From Nitrosopumilaceae archaeon (GTDB lineage: Archaea > Thermoproteota > Nitrososphaeria > Nitrososphaerales > Nitrosopumilaceae): 64,000 nucleotides of DNA. Both the position numbers and the translations under genes were made by a program. This document shows, piece by piece, positions 15,156 through 29,895 of the stretch; position 1 is the first letter of the stretch; each line of letters starts with the position of its first letter. The stretch is from the NCBI GenBank assembly GCA_965207375.1, contig CBDBMG010000003.1, positions 640,001-704,000 on the forward strand. The letters are read 5' to 3'. The notes beneath the pieces are model-generated. The model did not search any database and was not told the DNA's origin. It worked only from the letters and a program-made list of their open reading frames with translations.

Positions 15156-16735
15156 TAGGGCTGAGCGAGTGTGGAATTTTGTTACCTTCACAATTATTGG
15201 ATCAATAAATGCAGCTACATTGAGTAACATTAACATGTAACTTCTGTATCTACGTAACTATGTGAAAGGTTTATGTGCATGGAGTTCTTCATTAATTTTT
15301 CTAATCCTGTAATCTTGTTATTTTTCTCAGGCTTAAAGTAAACTCGCACAACTGAAATGGTCACCCATCTTTCTGTACCGATTGCTTCAGTTACGTTATG
15401 TCAACTAGAGGTTTCATATAACCTTGACAAACAATTCTAGTGTGGTAAATTCTGCATCAGATGCCATCATATCACCTTTCTAGTAGTGTAGCACACAGCG
15501 GCTGTTGCTGGGATAACAAATGTTCTGCCATATACGTATATAATAGGCTAAATTCCAATGGTTACTGACATCTTGTACCAAAGCCAGTGTTTTGTGAAGA
15601 AGGTCAATCTGTTTTTGTTTCAATAAATAAGTTGATTTGGCAGAACGGTTGAAATGTGCTACAAGATGCCTACACTTAGCTAAAGGACTTGAAACCTCTG
15701 TAAGCTTAAGTACCACTTCCACTGCAAGTTGTAAAGTGTGACTAAACCATGACATTTGTTTCCATTGTGTTATTCCAAGAGCAGCTACAATATACGTAAT
15801 GTTGGTCCCATTGTCTGTTGTAATGGTTGATAATTTCTCTTGTGATAACCAATTCTCAAGTATTTCTTGTAGTTTTTCAGCAATAGTAGGACCAGTGTGA
15901 GCCTCTGGAAACCCTACTGTTTCTAGAAGGTAAGCCATTAATTGTAAGTAGCATCCACAAAATGAATTGTAACATCAGTATAGGCTTCATTGTGACATGA
16001 GGTCCAAAATTTAATATCAGTGCTCAGAGCATACGTAGCTGTCTACATCAGATAGTTCACTACAGATTTGCTCCTTTTCTCTTCATAAAGCTTTGGAATG
16101 TAATTAACAGCAAGGGTTTCCGATCCATGGGATAATATTGAGGATCAAAAAATGTACTCAACATGGCTCAGAATCCACAGTTTAATAAGGCTGCATATCT
16201 TTTGATATAAATAACAAACCAACTCATTTAGAGCCTTTAACCTCCGAATTTCATGGATAAGGCTGCTTTTATGACAACACTTGGTTGATTCGCAAACACC
16301 TCCTCTAGCTACCATTTGATGATTCAGATTCATTAGCAGCTTCCTTCGCTTCTTTTTTGGCTTGACGAAATTCTTGTATATGACTTTCCTCCAAGTGCTG
16401 CTACAAATTTGTTGTATTTCCAATGTACGTAGGAATAATCGTGTTTATACAGTTTACAAAATACACGTTTTTGCTTCTTATCAATCACTTTCTACCATCC
16501 TTTCATCACAACTGGGAAATCCAAAATACTTCCATACAGGACTAACAGAATTCTCTAGTGGTAACAATTCCAATGAATTTTCATCGGTAGCAAGAAGATT
16601 GGATCCCATTTGTGATCTACTAGTACGCATGTGTATGACATACGAAATAATATTCATAATAGGTCTGCAAATAAACATCAACATCATGATTGTATGATTA
16701 CAATTGTGCAAAATCGATTTAATCGCTCAGCCCTA
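15156..16735 (-). mobile_element. hAT transposon (ZBED1/ZBED4-like transposase), decayed and C-terminally deleted
   Basis: TIR TAGGGCTGAGCGA / TCGCTCAGCCCTA; 8-bp TSD gtatgcat/gtatgcag; BED finger start SPVWKYFGF; core motifs ITTDNGTNI, FSHTLQLAV, QDVSNHWN; many frameshifts. Confidence 0.9.
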
Positions 16736-17043
16736 GTATGCAGCCATATGATGCAGGCTAGCTAGCTATTAGAGCAGTGGTTGTGATCAAACACATAATG
16801 AATGGTTATAATGCAAATTGTATAAAAGTATGTAGCTATACATACGTACATTGTAATACTTAGCTATTAGTTGACTACATAAAACAAACTACACCATATT
16901 TATATACGTAGCTACTTATTTACAAGAAAATTATATACATGAAGTATGTAGCTAACAGACAAAATGAAATTAATTCTACAAAGCAAATATAAGATGTACG
17001 TATACAAGTACACAGCTAGCTATATAGCTACGTAGCTAACTGG

Positions 17044-18924
17044 TTATTTCTTGAACATTGCTAATGAACTTGATAAAACAATAGGTGCAATTTCTTTTAG
17101 CTTACTCGAGTAACTGGAGGACACTGAATCCAAAGTTTTGTTAAAATCACCAGACGTTGTGTAAGTATACTTCTTGTAGAGTTCCACTGATCCTGTGCTT
17201 AAGGAACTGACAATATCTCTATGCAAACCAATATATAATTTTATTATAGGCAATTTTTCCAAAGTAATAAAATGATATTGAGGTGTTATTGTTTCTAGCA
17301 TTTGCTGAACAAAGTTAAAACTTTTTAATATGGAATCTTCACACATTGGAATGATCTGGTTTATCAGTTCAATACAGTTTTGAGCAATTTTGCCATTGGA
17401 AGAGACTGTACAATGTTCTTCAAGAGATTTTTCCAGCTTATCGTAGTCCCTTATAAAAAGAAAATGCTGTACTTCTGAGTTGATGATTCTGTTCAATACT
17501 TGTGCACCTTTTAATGCTTTTTTACACTTGCTATCTAATGCAACAATTTGCTCGCTAACCTGAGTTATAATCTGTATATGATTAACGGATGCACATATTG
17601 TATTGTGTATTCTCTGTAGTATTAACAGAATAACGTGTGGATCGTGTAATATGTGTGCAGTGATCCTTTTTAGCTGAAACGGTATGACAACATGTTCAAT
17701 TTTGAGCATTGTATATGTCAGATATTCCCTGGGGGTTAGTTGAGATAAGTCCTGCTGTAAGTAAGAACTTCTGAACAGTGATTCCAGCTTGTCACCAACG
17801 GAATTATTAGTATGCAGCAACCCAAATGGTGAAAGGGTAGCCACTTGATCACTTCTGACATGGTCAAACATGTACTGGCTGATAACACTGTGAGTGTGTA
17901 CCACCACCTGATTTTTCAAGTACTGTGACATAAAAATATTCTTAAATGACACTAGGCCATAATCTGACAGAATTGTAACAACTTTTTTGGCTTCTAGATC
18001 AGAGATATCCCATAAACTTGGCAGTGCTGCTTCAGAAAAAATTCCTCCAATTCCAGTAAATAAAATCAGTGTGATGAACCCTGTTTAAGGCAACTTCAGG
18101 TAACAATTCTAAAGTTGATTCAATATAGATTCTGACAGACTTATGAATCTTGCTTGCTGATTCGACGTCACTCTTATCAAATGCTGTCAATCCCCTATCA
18201 CGTAACTTGTGTTGGACATTTCTGATAGTTTTGTTTACGTGGATGTTCAGTTTGAGATAATGATTTAATTGTCCCCTAACAAGGCATAACAGTATTGGCC
18301 ACATGTGAGCGTCTTGTGTTAATTCTTTCAGCAGCTGTTTATCGTCACTTGAAATTTTGTCGAGATTAAACAGCCCATCGGACAATAAAGTTACGGCTTC
18401 ATCTATTTTCATTGGACCTACCTTGACAATATTTTCAGCAATTGTTAATTTTTGAGCAATGTCATTTCGTCTTGCAGTGAACACCACATGACAATTACTA
18501 AAAGCTTTTATTAGTGGTGCTGCATCTTTAGCATCCCAAATGTCATCGATAATGACAAGAAAATTGTCCTTTAAAATATTTCCGATTTCAGTTTCCAGAT
18601 TGTTAAGGTTGTCAAGGCTTTCACCAACTATACTGCAATATATTTCAATCAATTTAACTTTTGGATCAGTGGCCTGTGGTCCAAGCTCTATAAACAACAC
18701 ACCACCTGTAAATTGCCTTTGAACTCTTGGGTCATAGCATAGTCCAACGACGATAGTAGTTTTACCAAATCCTCCAACTCCAGTGACTGCAATTACTTTA
18801 CTGTGTGCATTTAGATTACTAGTAGCATTACACAATTTACTAACAATGACATTTAAGTGCTCTTGACGCTGTAAAAAATTCGTGGGTAACTTTGGGGGTT
18901 GCAAAACATGTGGATTCTTAAACA
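17044..18924 (-). CDS. Large terminal exon of an NB-ARC (APAF-1/CED-4-type STAND NTPase) gene with one +1 frameshift; C-terminal helical region of unknown type
   Basis: Acceptor ttacAG at 18926-18925; Walker A GVGGFGKT; Walker B FLVIIDDIW; sensor VVFTARR; GLPL-like MWPILL; MHD-equivalent THSVI. Removing one C from CCC at 18079-18081 joins ORFs 18032-18925 and 17044-17952 with no stop. Confidence 0.85.
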
Positions 18925-19799
18925 CTGTAATAAAAATGACAAAATGTTGTAATTACACCAGACATAGCTAATGCATTATATAGTATAAAATATGATTAGC
19001 TACTCCTAGTATTTTTTGAATGACTATTAACATAATGTTTAATTTTCATGTTTTGAAATTACTAAACAAGACATGGTAACACAATTAAACAATGTATGGA
19101 AGTGTATTCTAATATTTCTGAATAGTACCAAACAATTAAATGAGCAGTAGAGTTGAATAGATTATTGTCTTAGGTGTAGGTAGTAGCCACATAGCTACGT
19201 CCCAACATACGTACATGTAAAGGAAATATATAACGTTGCAAGGTTACTGTTTACCCTTGTGTATAGCTAGCTAGCTGGCTACTTGTCTACTTAAATCTAT
19301 CACTAAAGTTCACCAGAAAGCTTGTAAGTGTCTGTCACATAATTAGTATAGGTAATCAAACACATTTGAGTACAATTCAAGAATAATTATATCAGTAACA
19401 GTCAAGAAATTGCACAAGGCAAAGCCAAGCGCAATTTTGACTATTACGTGTACAATTACTCTTGAATTGCACAAAATTTATGTGATTGTCTACTAATTGC
19501 ATAGCATGACCTACGATGCCCACTCTAAACTGAGGCACACTGATTATTCCAATCTGAGACACAGTCACAAATCTTGTTCCTTCCACATTACTTGTTTTAG
19601 CAGTTTCACATTCATTGAACATATCAAAAATACGCAATGTATATAGAATCTAATGCAAATTTACTAATTAACGGATATCTTCCGCATACTACAGACTTAA
19701 TGGTTTAAAAACTAAACAATAACTTCAATTACCAGTCTTCCATTGTTATCAACAACTATAACCTGCCTATCGGCCGCCTTTGTGGCAAGTTATGAATCA

Positions 19800-20240
19800 A
19801 AACTCCAGAAAAAATTTGGCGCGCCATACCCGCCGACTACTTATAACCATAGATAACCATCCTTATATGTTTACAATAAGTTAAAAAGCCATAAACTTAC
19901 TTACTCCATAAGTTTAAACAGTCTTGTCTTCTTCTAACACATAGTACTTCCACTTCATATTATTTAAACGCAAAAAGCGGAACCATCCATAAAGATTTTC
20001 AAAGTTCTGTAAATACCAAATTACAGAGAAAAGTATAGAGAATTCAATTCCGACCGTATTAATGCTACTATTCTCTTATATATTTATCTAAGAGAACTTT
20101 TTTCAAACCTTACCCAAAATTACGCAAAACCACAATACATTTTGTATTGAAATTGCGCATGCATGGCCGACTTTGAAGTGAAAAGGCGGAGGGTTCCTTC
20201 TTCTTAATTAGCCGATATTGTTGACAAGGTATGTATTAAA
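19800..20240. promoter_or_regulatory. CpG-enriched candidate promoter region upstream of the NB-ARC exon
   Basis: TTTGGCGCGCC (E2F-like) ~19815, TGCGCATGCA (NRF1-like) ~20154, plus-strand donor AAG|GTATGT ~20228. Confidence 0.25.
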
Positions 20241-20831
20241 GGTAGTATTATTTAATTCCGACCGTATTAGTTGATAAAATAAATCGTGTGGCTAGTTTTC
20301 TAAGATTTTGATTAAAAATCCATGGTTTTCCAATACAAATACACACAAAAACTTATTTTTGAGGGCGTGGCACTTATTCCCGTAATGTATTACAAAGTTT
20401 CAATATTTTTTGATATGATCCACTTTTATTAAAAGTTAGCATCGAGAAATTCTTCTATACTAACTATAGTATTCATTCCACCTGTAATCGTTACTTTGTT
20501 ACCATGTAAGTTGGTTACTATAAATCTTCAGTGCTACGTGATTTCATTTGCTGTTTATTGCATCATTGTTTCTTGCACTTAAATGGGTTAATTTCTGCAT
20601 TGTGAATTTTAATAGTGTGTAATTACTAAATATTGCTATATGCTCTAGCCCCTAGGCTATTAAAACTGCAATTTGAGAATAATTTCACTGCTACTAACAG
20701 CACAATATATAGCTACATACAACCTATGCGATTATAGACAAAACTGTGCACTAAAGTTAATTCAAGTACTCACTACTCATACAACATTGAATCACTGATG
20801 GACACATCAGTACATGAAAATACTGTTTATT

Positions 20832-21503
20832 ACTTGTTAAACAAGTTGACGTATTACCATCTAAAAACCAGGCCCTCTGTGTAAGTTAAACCACTGTTAA
20901 TCTAATGTATTATAATAGTCCTTAATGACGTCACCAGTAAGTCACGTGAGCAGAGACTCATCACTAAGGAACACATAGCAACGCATGCGAATTTAATTCT
21001 TCTGTTTAAACCCGCTTTGTACTCCAGTACTTTAGTGATAAAACTTTTTGAAAGTAGTATAAATTTGTTTTATGCCCAAATTCTTACTATAACACTATAG
21101 GCCAGTCTTCTTTTATAAGCTCCGCAACCCGCACGGCACGCCCACTTATAAAACTAAAGCGCTCCGTCTTGTTAGTAATGTACAACTGGTTAAACGGCTT
21201 TTACCGTGTAATGGACGGCAAATACAACACTACCTTTTCTTTGGTAGTAACACACGACGCGCTTCGTTACTAAGGCCCCGCCCATCAACAGTATCGATAG
21301 CAAGTGCCGTACAGAGAAACTGAAAGGCAGTAGGACTTGTTTGATTGGTTATTCAGACTTCGTTTCACGTGAATAGTTATTCATAGCCTGGGGGGCGGAC
21401 ACACACACATCCACACACACACACACACACACATACATCCGCACAGAAGTGATTTTAAGAAACCAGGCGTGCGCCGGCGGCCGGCGCGCGCCTGGTTTAA
21501 AAA
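20832..21503 (-). mobile_element. Family A: DINE-1/HINE-like (Helentron-associated) non-autonomous element
   Basis: Read on minus: T-run + subTIR AAACCAGGCG, nearby inverted copy CGCCTGGTTT, (GT)n microsatellite, core, 3' subTIR GCCTGGTTTT (20863-20873), terminal hairpin ACTTGTT-T-AACAAGT (20832-20846). Confidence 0.7.
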
Positions 21504-21789
21504 TTAGATATTGCCTTTGAGTGGTATGGTACGTATGTACGTAGATACTGAGCACTGATCATAGATGAACTGATCTAGCTACTCCCTACTTTGGCCACTC
21601 CTTTTCAAATTCATAATTCTTTACTATTCTAGTATGTATGTTAAAATTTTCATTGTGAAGCTATATTTGTAGATACCTAGCACATAGCTGTTAGCTACTA
21701 TCAATTTCGAGACACTTATAACCCAATCCATAAGTGCCCTACGTGTTGAGAAACCACCAAAACCATGCAGCTTCATAATTACGAAATGA

Positions 21790-22390
<601 letters not shown>

Positions 22391-24120
22391 GTGGGCATCC
22401 TGTTTGGGTAACAAAACATTTAAAAAAAGAATGGCCTGCTTATAGCCAACAATCAGCTAGACATCTTATGGCCTATTTCATGCAAAAAATGTGTTTGAAT
22501 ACTTGTTCCGTAGATAATTGATTGCACATGCCGATAGTAACAAGATAAAGGACTAGAAACCAGGCACACGCAAGTCAATAAGGCAATATAAACATATGTA
22601 TTAGCCAATAATAGACGTATTAGCAATAATATTGTCTATTAGCAATATGTATATAGACCTATTAACAGTAGATATAGACCTATTGGCAATATAGATATAG
22701 ACCTGCCTAGTAGCTAATGACATTGACAGCAGGCAAAGCACAATGTATCAATCACCTCAATAAGAATTTTACAGAAGAAACCTGACTACAGTGAGATGAG
22801 TGAAAACTTCACAGCATCAAGATGGGTTTGTGCAGACTGAAATAATGTTAAGAATAGAGGAATAGAGACTATAAACACAGTAATTTAGGCAATATGTAAG
22901 TAAATTCTTGTGGTCAATCTGGCTTTCAGATAAGTAATTGATGATTTCCTGTCACCTCTAAGCTATCAAAAATTATGGCTTCCTGGCCACCTCTAAGCTG
23001 GCACAAATGTAATTAAGCTACCAAAAATGCAATTAAAACAGTGGACATTTTAATTATTTCAAGTGCTTTAGTGATTAAACATGAAGTTGAAATTTTTACT
23101 GTGACACTCTAATGTGAATCCCTATCACGATGTTTTAGAAGGCATTTTATAACACAGGCAAGGTTATTTTACTGATTAATTGCTGACGATGCCATATGGC
23201 ATCCTGGTGGCATAACTCACCTGGATATAGCTACGGTACAGCTCATAGGTAACTTGATGCACAAGCAGAGGTTACTGGTTGGTAAACTGTGGGTAAACTC
23301 ACAAAATCTGCCCAAATGGGTGCAGGTACCCGTAAAATGGATCACTATGACAGGCAATATTTGTTGGGTATCTGCAACCGAGATACCGTTTGTTCACCAT
23401 TTAATTATCATATGATATTTAATCAACATACGTATTTTACTGAATTTCATTAAGTACGTAATAAAATTTCATAAAAATAATTTTTCAACTTCCCTCTTAT
23501 ACGTATACAAAAATATTTTCACCACGAAAAAAATCACAATCTATGGTACGTACGTATAACTAAGTTTGGTACAGGTACGTAGCTAACTGTACATTTGCTG
23601 ATCATACCATAGCTAGCTACGTACATTGGTAACAAATTCTGAATGTATCAGATACTTACACATCAAAATAGACAGTGGATAGCTACGTACGTACATATAT
23701 AAACTATATACGTAGCTAAATGGGTATTGCTATCAGATATGTAGCTAAGGACCTCAATAAGCATTGTAAAAACCTGATTTTATGTCTTCTCATACGTACA
23801 TACGTATGTACATGTAAGTACAGTGCAGGGGTGTATGAAGATGAAAAATTGTAGGGGGTCACAATTTTAGTTCAGGGCTTAAATTGTACCATACATAAAA
23901 TTTGTACTCAACTAACAGGTTGTAAGACTTACTAACCCACTACCTGTTGCAAACTAGGGTGAACCCTGACCTTTGTGGCCCCTATTCCTACACCCTTGCA
24001 TTAAGAATACTAATAAATCTTAAACGGCAAAAAATCAAATTAAAAAGAGTAGCTTGGGACCTTCGCTACAAAATGCTTTGCTACAAAATGCAGGGAAACA
24101 AAGATTTTCTTTTGTTACAA

Positions 24121-24378
24121 TTTGTGACTCGGTCTGACAAAACCAGTCTTATTGCCCGAAAATATACCCATGTGTATAATGGTATCTATCTCTTGTTTTC
24201 TGCGTGCTATTCAAATTCTATAAGTTTTATTGAATTACTTAGGATTTTTGCTAGCTACATGGTGAAGTTTGTGCTAAAATATTGTGTTCAGAAAAAGAGT
24301 TATTTAACTTGAAAGACTCAAAATTAACTCAAAATGTTTATGGCAATAAGACTGGTTTTGTTCGGACTGGGTCACATT
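24121..24378. mobile_element. MITE, TGTGAC-terminus family
   Basis: TGTGACTCGGTCTGACAAAACCAGTCTTATTGCC ... GGCAATAAGACTGGTTTTGTTCGGACTGGGTCACA. Confidence 0.8.
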
Positions 24379-25139
24379 TTGTGGTTACTAGCTATGTATC
24401 ATTTGGTTAACTTGTACCAGAACAATCAAGATCAATCTTAGCAAAGATCCCTAACTACATAGCTAGCCACTCTTTTTAGTTTATAATTATTATTGTTATG
24501 TTATAAGCTAAAGTTTTAATTCTCACTTTACATTATCAATCAACTTTATCTTCGTTTAATAAACACTAGTAGTTGTGCAGGGTTGTGAATTCACGCATAT
24601 TACCTGCACCAATTTATTGGAAGCATGAATTATTATTTCAACACAAAATGAGACAGGTATTTGCCCTCAATTTTTCAAAGTTACTAATATCTAGAGCTAG
24701 CTACATAGTTCACATACGTAGTTAATGTACATACATATGTATGTGGCTACTTGACATGTGTTTATGAAATGAAATTGTTTACATATTGTAGCTAATTCAG
24801 GGTGAAACCATTTTTTCAAAATAGCCAGTCAAATGTTATGATTGATCTGACTTGCCAACCACCCAATGGAGCTACGTACGTAATTGCTAAACACAAATGA
24901 TTTTTGTTACCAGGAGATAAACAAGGTACGTATAGCAGGGAATACCATATACGTACCATAGTGTAAACATCCCTCCTACGTAGCTTGTTTATCTCCTATG
25001 TAGCATTAGGTATTAAACATAAACTACCATCTACCATCTATCCATGCTTGATCTGAAATGTATCAGACAGATAAGAAGCCCTTGTGCTAATTTGTCTTAC
25101 AAATGGCCAGTGATTCATCTTGATCATTTTTATTATTTT

Positions 25140-25497
25140 AATTAAACCATGCATGCATGCACCTGGTTTCTTGAAATTGCTTTTGTCCTGGAAGTCGGTA
25201 TGTATGTTTGTGTATTTGTGTGTGTACACCCCTGGGCTATTAAAAACTATTCACATGAAATAAAGTCTGAATAGCCAATCAAACAAGTCCTACTGCCTTT
25301 CAGTTTCTCTGTACGGCACTTGCTATCGATACTATTGATGAGCAGGACTTATAATGAAACGTGTCGTAAGTAACTGCCAAAGAAGAGCATGGTAACATTG
25401 TTATTGCTGTTAATATCACAGTAAAAGCCATTTAAATTTGTATGCTTTGGTGTTCCTTAGTGTTGAGTGTTTGCTCATTTGACTTACTAGTTACATC
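25140..25497 (+). mobile_element. Family A copy, interrupted by a family B element
   Basis: AAACC...CCTGGTTTCTT start, short (GT)n, core matching reverse complement of 20950-21450. Confidence 0.7.
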
Positions 25498-26595
25498 ACT
25501 AGAATGATAAAAAATTAAAAATTTAAAAAGTAAGTAGGGATTGAACTTTGGATTCAATAGTGCTACAAAAAGTAAGGGAACAAGGAATAAGATTTTGGGA
25601 CGAGAGAACATTCTGGCATGAGATAATTTATAAAAGTTTAATCCCTACTTTTGGCAAACCTACTGAATGAAGTGAGCCAAAAGTAGGGATTAAACTTTTA
25701 TAAATTATCTCATGCCAGAATGTTCTCTCGTCCCAAAATCTTATTCCTTGTTTCCTTACTTTTGTAGCACTATTGAATCCAAAGTTCAATCCCTACTTAC
25801 TTTTTAATTTTAAATTTTTTATCATTCTAGTTTGTTTACTTTTTATACATGCTAAGCATTCAATAATCTTTTAGCAGGCGCACAAATGTTACAGGCGCTT
25901 ACATAATAATTATGCTTGTTTACAGGCGCTTGTTAACAACGCGCTGACATGGCAAAGCAGCTGTGTGATAGCAAATAACGCTCTCGAAAAAGAGCAAAAG
26001 CTATTTGTCCAAGGCTATAATCTCGAAGTTCACGATGTAATAAAGTACACGCGAAAACATCGTGCCACTGTAACTAATTATATCACGTGCAAGCCAGGTT
26101 TTTGTGTGATGCAATAAGCAGAAGCCGTTACAGGCTATCGTCACCTTTGGTGAAATTCGCACCTTGCTAAGGAATTAAAGAAGAACAAGGAAAGGAATGA
26201 AGGATAAAGGGAATCGCCATGGCGCAGTGGGTAAATCGTCTTCGGAATAAGATTTTCGTAAATGCACCGCCATTACCTTTATTGTGTGAAATTTCTGGAG
26301 CCCTACACCTAGCGCAACCCGGTCTTACGGCAGGCAGGCTGGCAGGCTGGCTGGCAGGCTGGCAGACGAAATACAGATGAATTTCGAAATTTTCAAAGTT
26401 GGCTGTAGGTCGAAATATTCGACTTGTCGTTTCGTTTAACCAAGGTACAGCATCATTACAGCCTTACCAATGCATTCCAGCTGGTTTTTTCGGGTAAAGC
26501 CTATTGCAAGGTTGATTTTTAAAGCGCGAAATTTTCCCGAAGCCGTACAATTTCTTACCAAACCCTACTATTAAGTACTACCGTACTTAATGATA
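25498..26595 (+). mobile_element. Family B: non-coding element with 334-bp terminal palindrome and 3' TACC-loop hairpin
   Basis: Palindrome 25498-25831 (spacer 25656-25675); (GGCAGGCT)-type microsatellite ~26328-26365; CCCTACT + ATTAAGTAC-TACC-GTACTTAAT + GATA at 26563-26595; reverse copy at 34630-35591. Confidence 0.75.
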
Positions 26596-27635
26596 GTCAT
26601 AGCTATATTCAACACATGTTGACTGTTTTATGTCCTTCTTGGAACCCTGCAATTATATCATATATTTAATTAGCTAGCTAGCTAGCTAGCTAGCTACACT
26701 AGTTTTGCCAGTGCATGACAACTCTAGAACTGGAATACAGGGGGCCTTAGGTCCCTGATGTATATAGGGGACCAAGGGACTACTCTCAAAATTATGAAGT
26801 TTGTGAAGTTAGGCGGCGGAAGCTGTAGCCAAGTAGGGGGCCTAACCCAAGCCAAGATTAACTATGCATGCAAGTATAGCAACAATGATCACACATTATA
26901 AATAGGGTGACCACTGCTACTGTTTATATAACAACATACACAAATTGTTTTATTAAAAACATTACAATGCAATGTCAAAACTCACTAAAGGGAATGTCAA
27001 CTGAAGCCATTTAAGTGCAAACCGTATTATCTTCTGCATACTATGCATTATTTTTGTATTTTAATTAAAGATGAACGCCTATCAAAGTTATTATTATTAT
27101 TATTATTATTACTAGCAACGATGACCCTAAACCAAGTACAGTCATTTCGGATCAATCACCAAGCGGGTAATCATTATATCAACATATAATCATAGGACAA
27201 CAATAGTCCTAAAATATCAAGTAGCCTACATCTAAAGTATAATCAGTGAATATACAAGGCCTAATCATTTGACACGTATATACAGCATTAATGAACATTA
27301 ATACATACCCTATTACTATATACGTCAGTATTACATACATACAGTAGCTGCAACAACAAATACACTGTAGCTAGCTGTACAATCAGTACCCAGCTATACA
27401 ATCAGTAGCCATTCTATCACAATGAAGCCATAGATCAAAGGACAGTACTATATGATAACTACAATACCACTGTGTGATAACTACTTCCTGGTAGTTATCA
27501 TATAGTCTGGGTAGTTATCATATAGTGAGAAAAAGTTTAAAGAGAGTTGCACCTGTCTGTTGTACTAAACACGTGTTTGTAAATTACTGCAACAAAGGAT
27601 CACAAGCCTCACAGGTGGAATTGTAATAGAAGCCA

Positions 27636-27744
27636 GTTATATCACAGTACACTCGTATGATATCTTAGTTATTAACACTCGTCCTCGGCTCCGCCTCGGA
27701 CTCGTGTAATAACTAAGATATCATACTCGCACTGTGATATAACT
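27636..27744. repeat. ~110-bp fold-back element with CTCG mismatch bubbles
   Basis: AGTTATATCACAGT ... ACTGTGATATAACT arms; pairing breaks where both arms read CTCG on the top strand. Confidence 0.75.
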
Positions 27745-28146
27745 ATAACATACACACCACAGATAATTTAATAATTATTATAATAAACTTAACACAAGCT
27801 TAGGCGACATGGCTTCTATGGTTAATTGCCCATTAGCCAGCCACTTTACAATCGACGTCACATGGCAATCCTCTCCATTAATAAAATACACGGAGAATTC
27901 CGTTCCTCGTGTACTTGTTTACAGCTTTTGTATGGCTTGCATACCACACCGCCCATCTCGACTCCCGTGTACACGCTGGGCGGGGTTGACTGGTAGGCAT
28001 TTATTAGAGTTTAAATAGCACTTTTTAAGTACAGGGAGTTAAATGAAACCCTACATATTAATGAATCGCTACTAAATGGTGATTTATTTAAAGGTTAGTT
28101 TGTGTGTCTAGAGTGCGTAGTTTAGCCAATAATTAATTATCTAATA

Positions 28147-28240
28147 CTTAATTACCTAAGACTTAATTACCTAAGACTTAATTACCTAAGACTTAATTAC
28201 CTAAGACTTAATTACCTAAGACATAATTACCTAAGACTTA
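28147..28240. repeat. 15-bp tandem repeat (CTTAATTACCTAAGA) x ~6
   Basis: Directly visible. Confidence 0.95.
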
Positions 28241-29895
28241 TATACGCCCAGTTTTGACATCACTTTTAACCGCAATTTGTATTATTCTTAGTACTTGGTT
28301 TATAATTAAAACTTTACAGCAATAGCTACAAGTACGTAGTTAAACAGAATTATAAGGTAAGAATACAAAACAAATATTGCTGAGGGAGTAGGATGGTAAA
28401 AGCATCAAATATAATGCCAGCATAATAGGTAAACTTTTTGTGCAAGGCATGCCACAAAGGCATGAATTTGAAAGTGACTATTTTTTAGTGAATCTACAGT
28501 AATTTTTTTATCAAATTAGGTATGTGATGAATGCAATGATTAAAAGTGATGAATTCAACAAAATAGATTGTAGGAGTTATAATGTAAATGTATATCTGAT
28601 GATAATGAGTGCAAAAAAACCAACATGAATCTTAAAAATATTAATTTGACCTATTAAATTTCACATTATCACTGAGAATTTCCGAGCATAATTTTAAGCA
28701 TAATAGGCTTGTTTTGGGAATTATGCTCAAAAGCATAATAGGTAATTCTAAAACATAATTGGCTCAGGCCTAGCTGGCATCCATAGGTAATTATATTTAG
28801 CTAACTAGTCAATTATAAAATGTATGTACAGAGGTGGATAAACATTTGTTACATGGACAATAATAATGGTAAGTACAAGGACAGTCAAAATCAAAATAAT
28901 TAAGAAAATGTATCCAGAAATGTGATTTAAGGGTAGATTTAATTGTACTTGCTGAATGATTAATGTTTATTGAAGGAAGATTATTCCAAATTCATGGAAG
29001 CCTATTAAAGTAGTGAGAGTTGAAGCCGTGAGCTATGGTTAAAGTAAGCAACCAACAGTGGATATGACATCTCATCGTCCTCGCTCAATAATACAAATGC
29101 CTGAGTGGGTGTCACATGTTTATTATCTCGTGTAACAGTAGCAGTGGAAAAAAGAACTTTTAAGTTTGTTGTAAAGCATGCCAAGACTGTATGCATTGAC
29201 TAGTCCCAACCCAAACATTAATCCCAACGAGCTCAGCATGGTGAACATTTACTGCTAGCTGGTTTATTTCAGCAGGTGCATAGCGTAATATTAAATACAG
29301 CCATAATATTTATCTAATATGTAATAGCTACAAGGGCTTTTAACAAGAAAACAAGTTGTACAACAACGTAAATACAACTTCTCTTCACACTATAGCTTTT
29401 AGCTTATTAATATGCACATAATATCTGAAAAATCAACTTCGCAGCATTAAGGCACTTCATGGTAACGATTAGCCTAGGAAGACACTACTTTGACTGCTTT
29501 TGTCAGTTCACTGACCATATAATTGATTTTACCTCGATTTTACCATACAATGGCTAACATTGTGGCCCCATTTAAAATGGCGGAACGAATGTTACTATGA
29601 CAATTACGTATTTTTAGAAAGAGTCTATTATATGGAACTTGTACACCATCCAAAATGCACACAACCATAGAACACATATGTACACTCTATCAAGTTATTG
29701 ACCTTGTTTGCTTCTTCGTATCAGGCAGAACACCCATGTCCATGTTATAACTATTAAATGTAGCATATACATTTAAAACAAAATGTCCATGCTATATACA
29801 TTTATACAGTGACATAAAATTATACGTACCACATGTACATACATTGTTATGCATAATCCATTTTTAAACTGTAGCTAACCATGCAGCTTTTGTGA

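Noticed and set aside
19392-19637. Candidate death-domain/CARD exon for the NB-ARC gene
   Set aside because: No death-fold pattern and no convincing phase-compatible splice sites
28147-28240. Possible CRISPR or iteron array
   Set aside because: Simple head-to-tail 15-bp repeat without spacers
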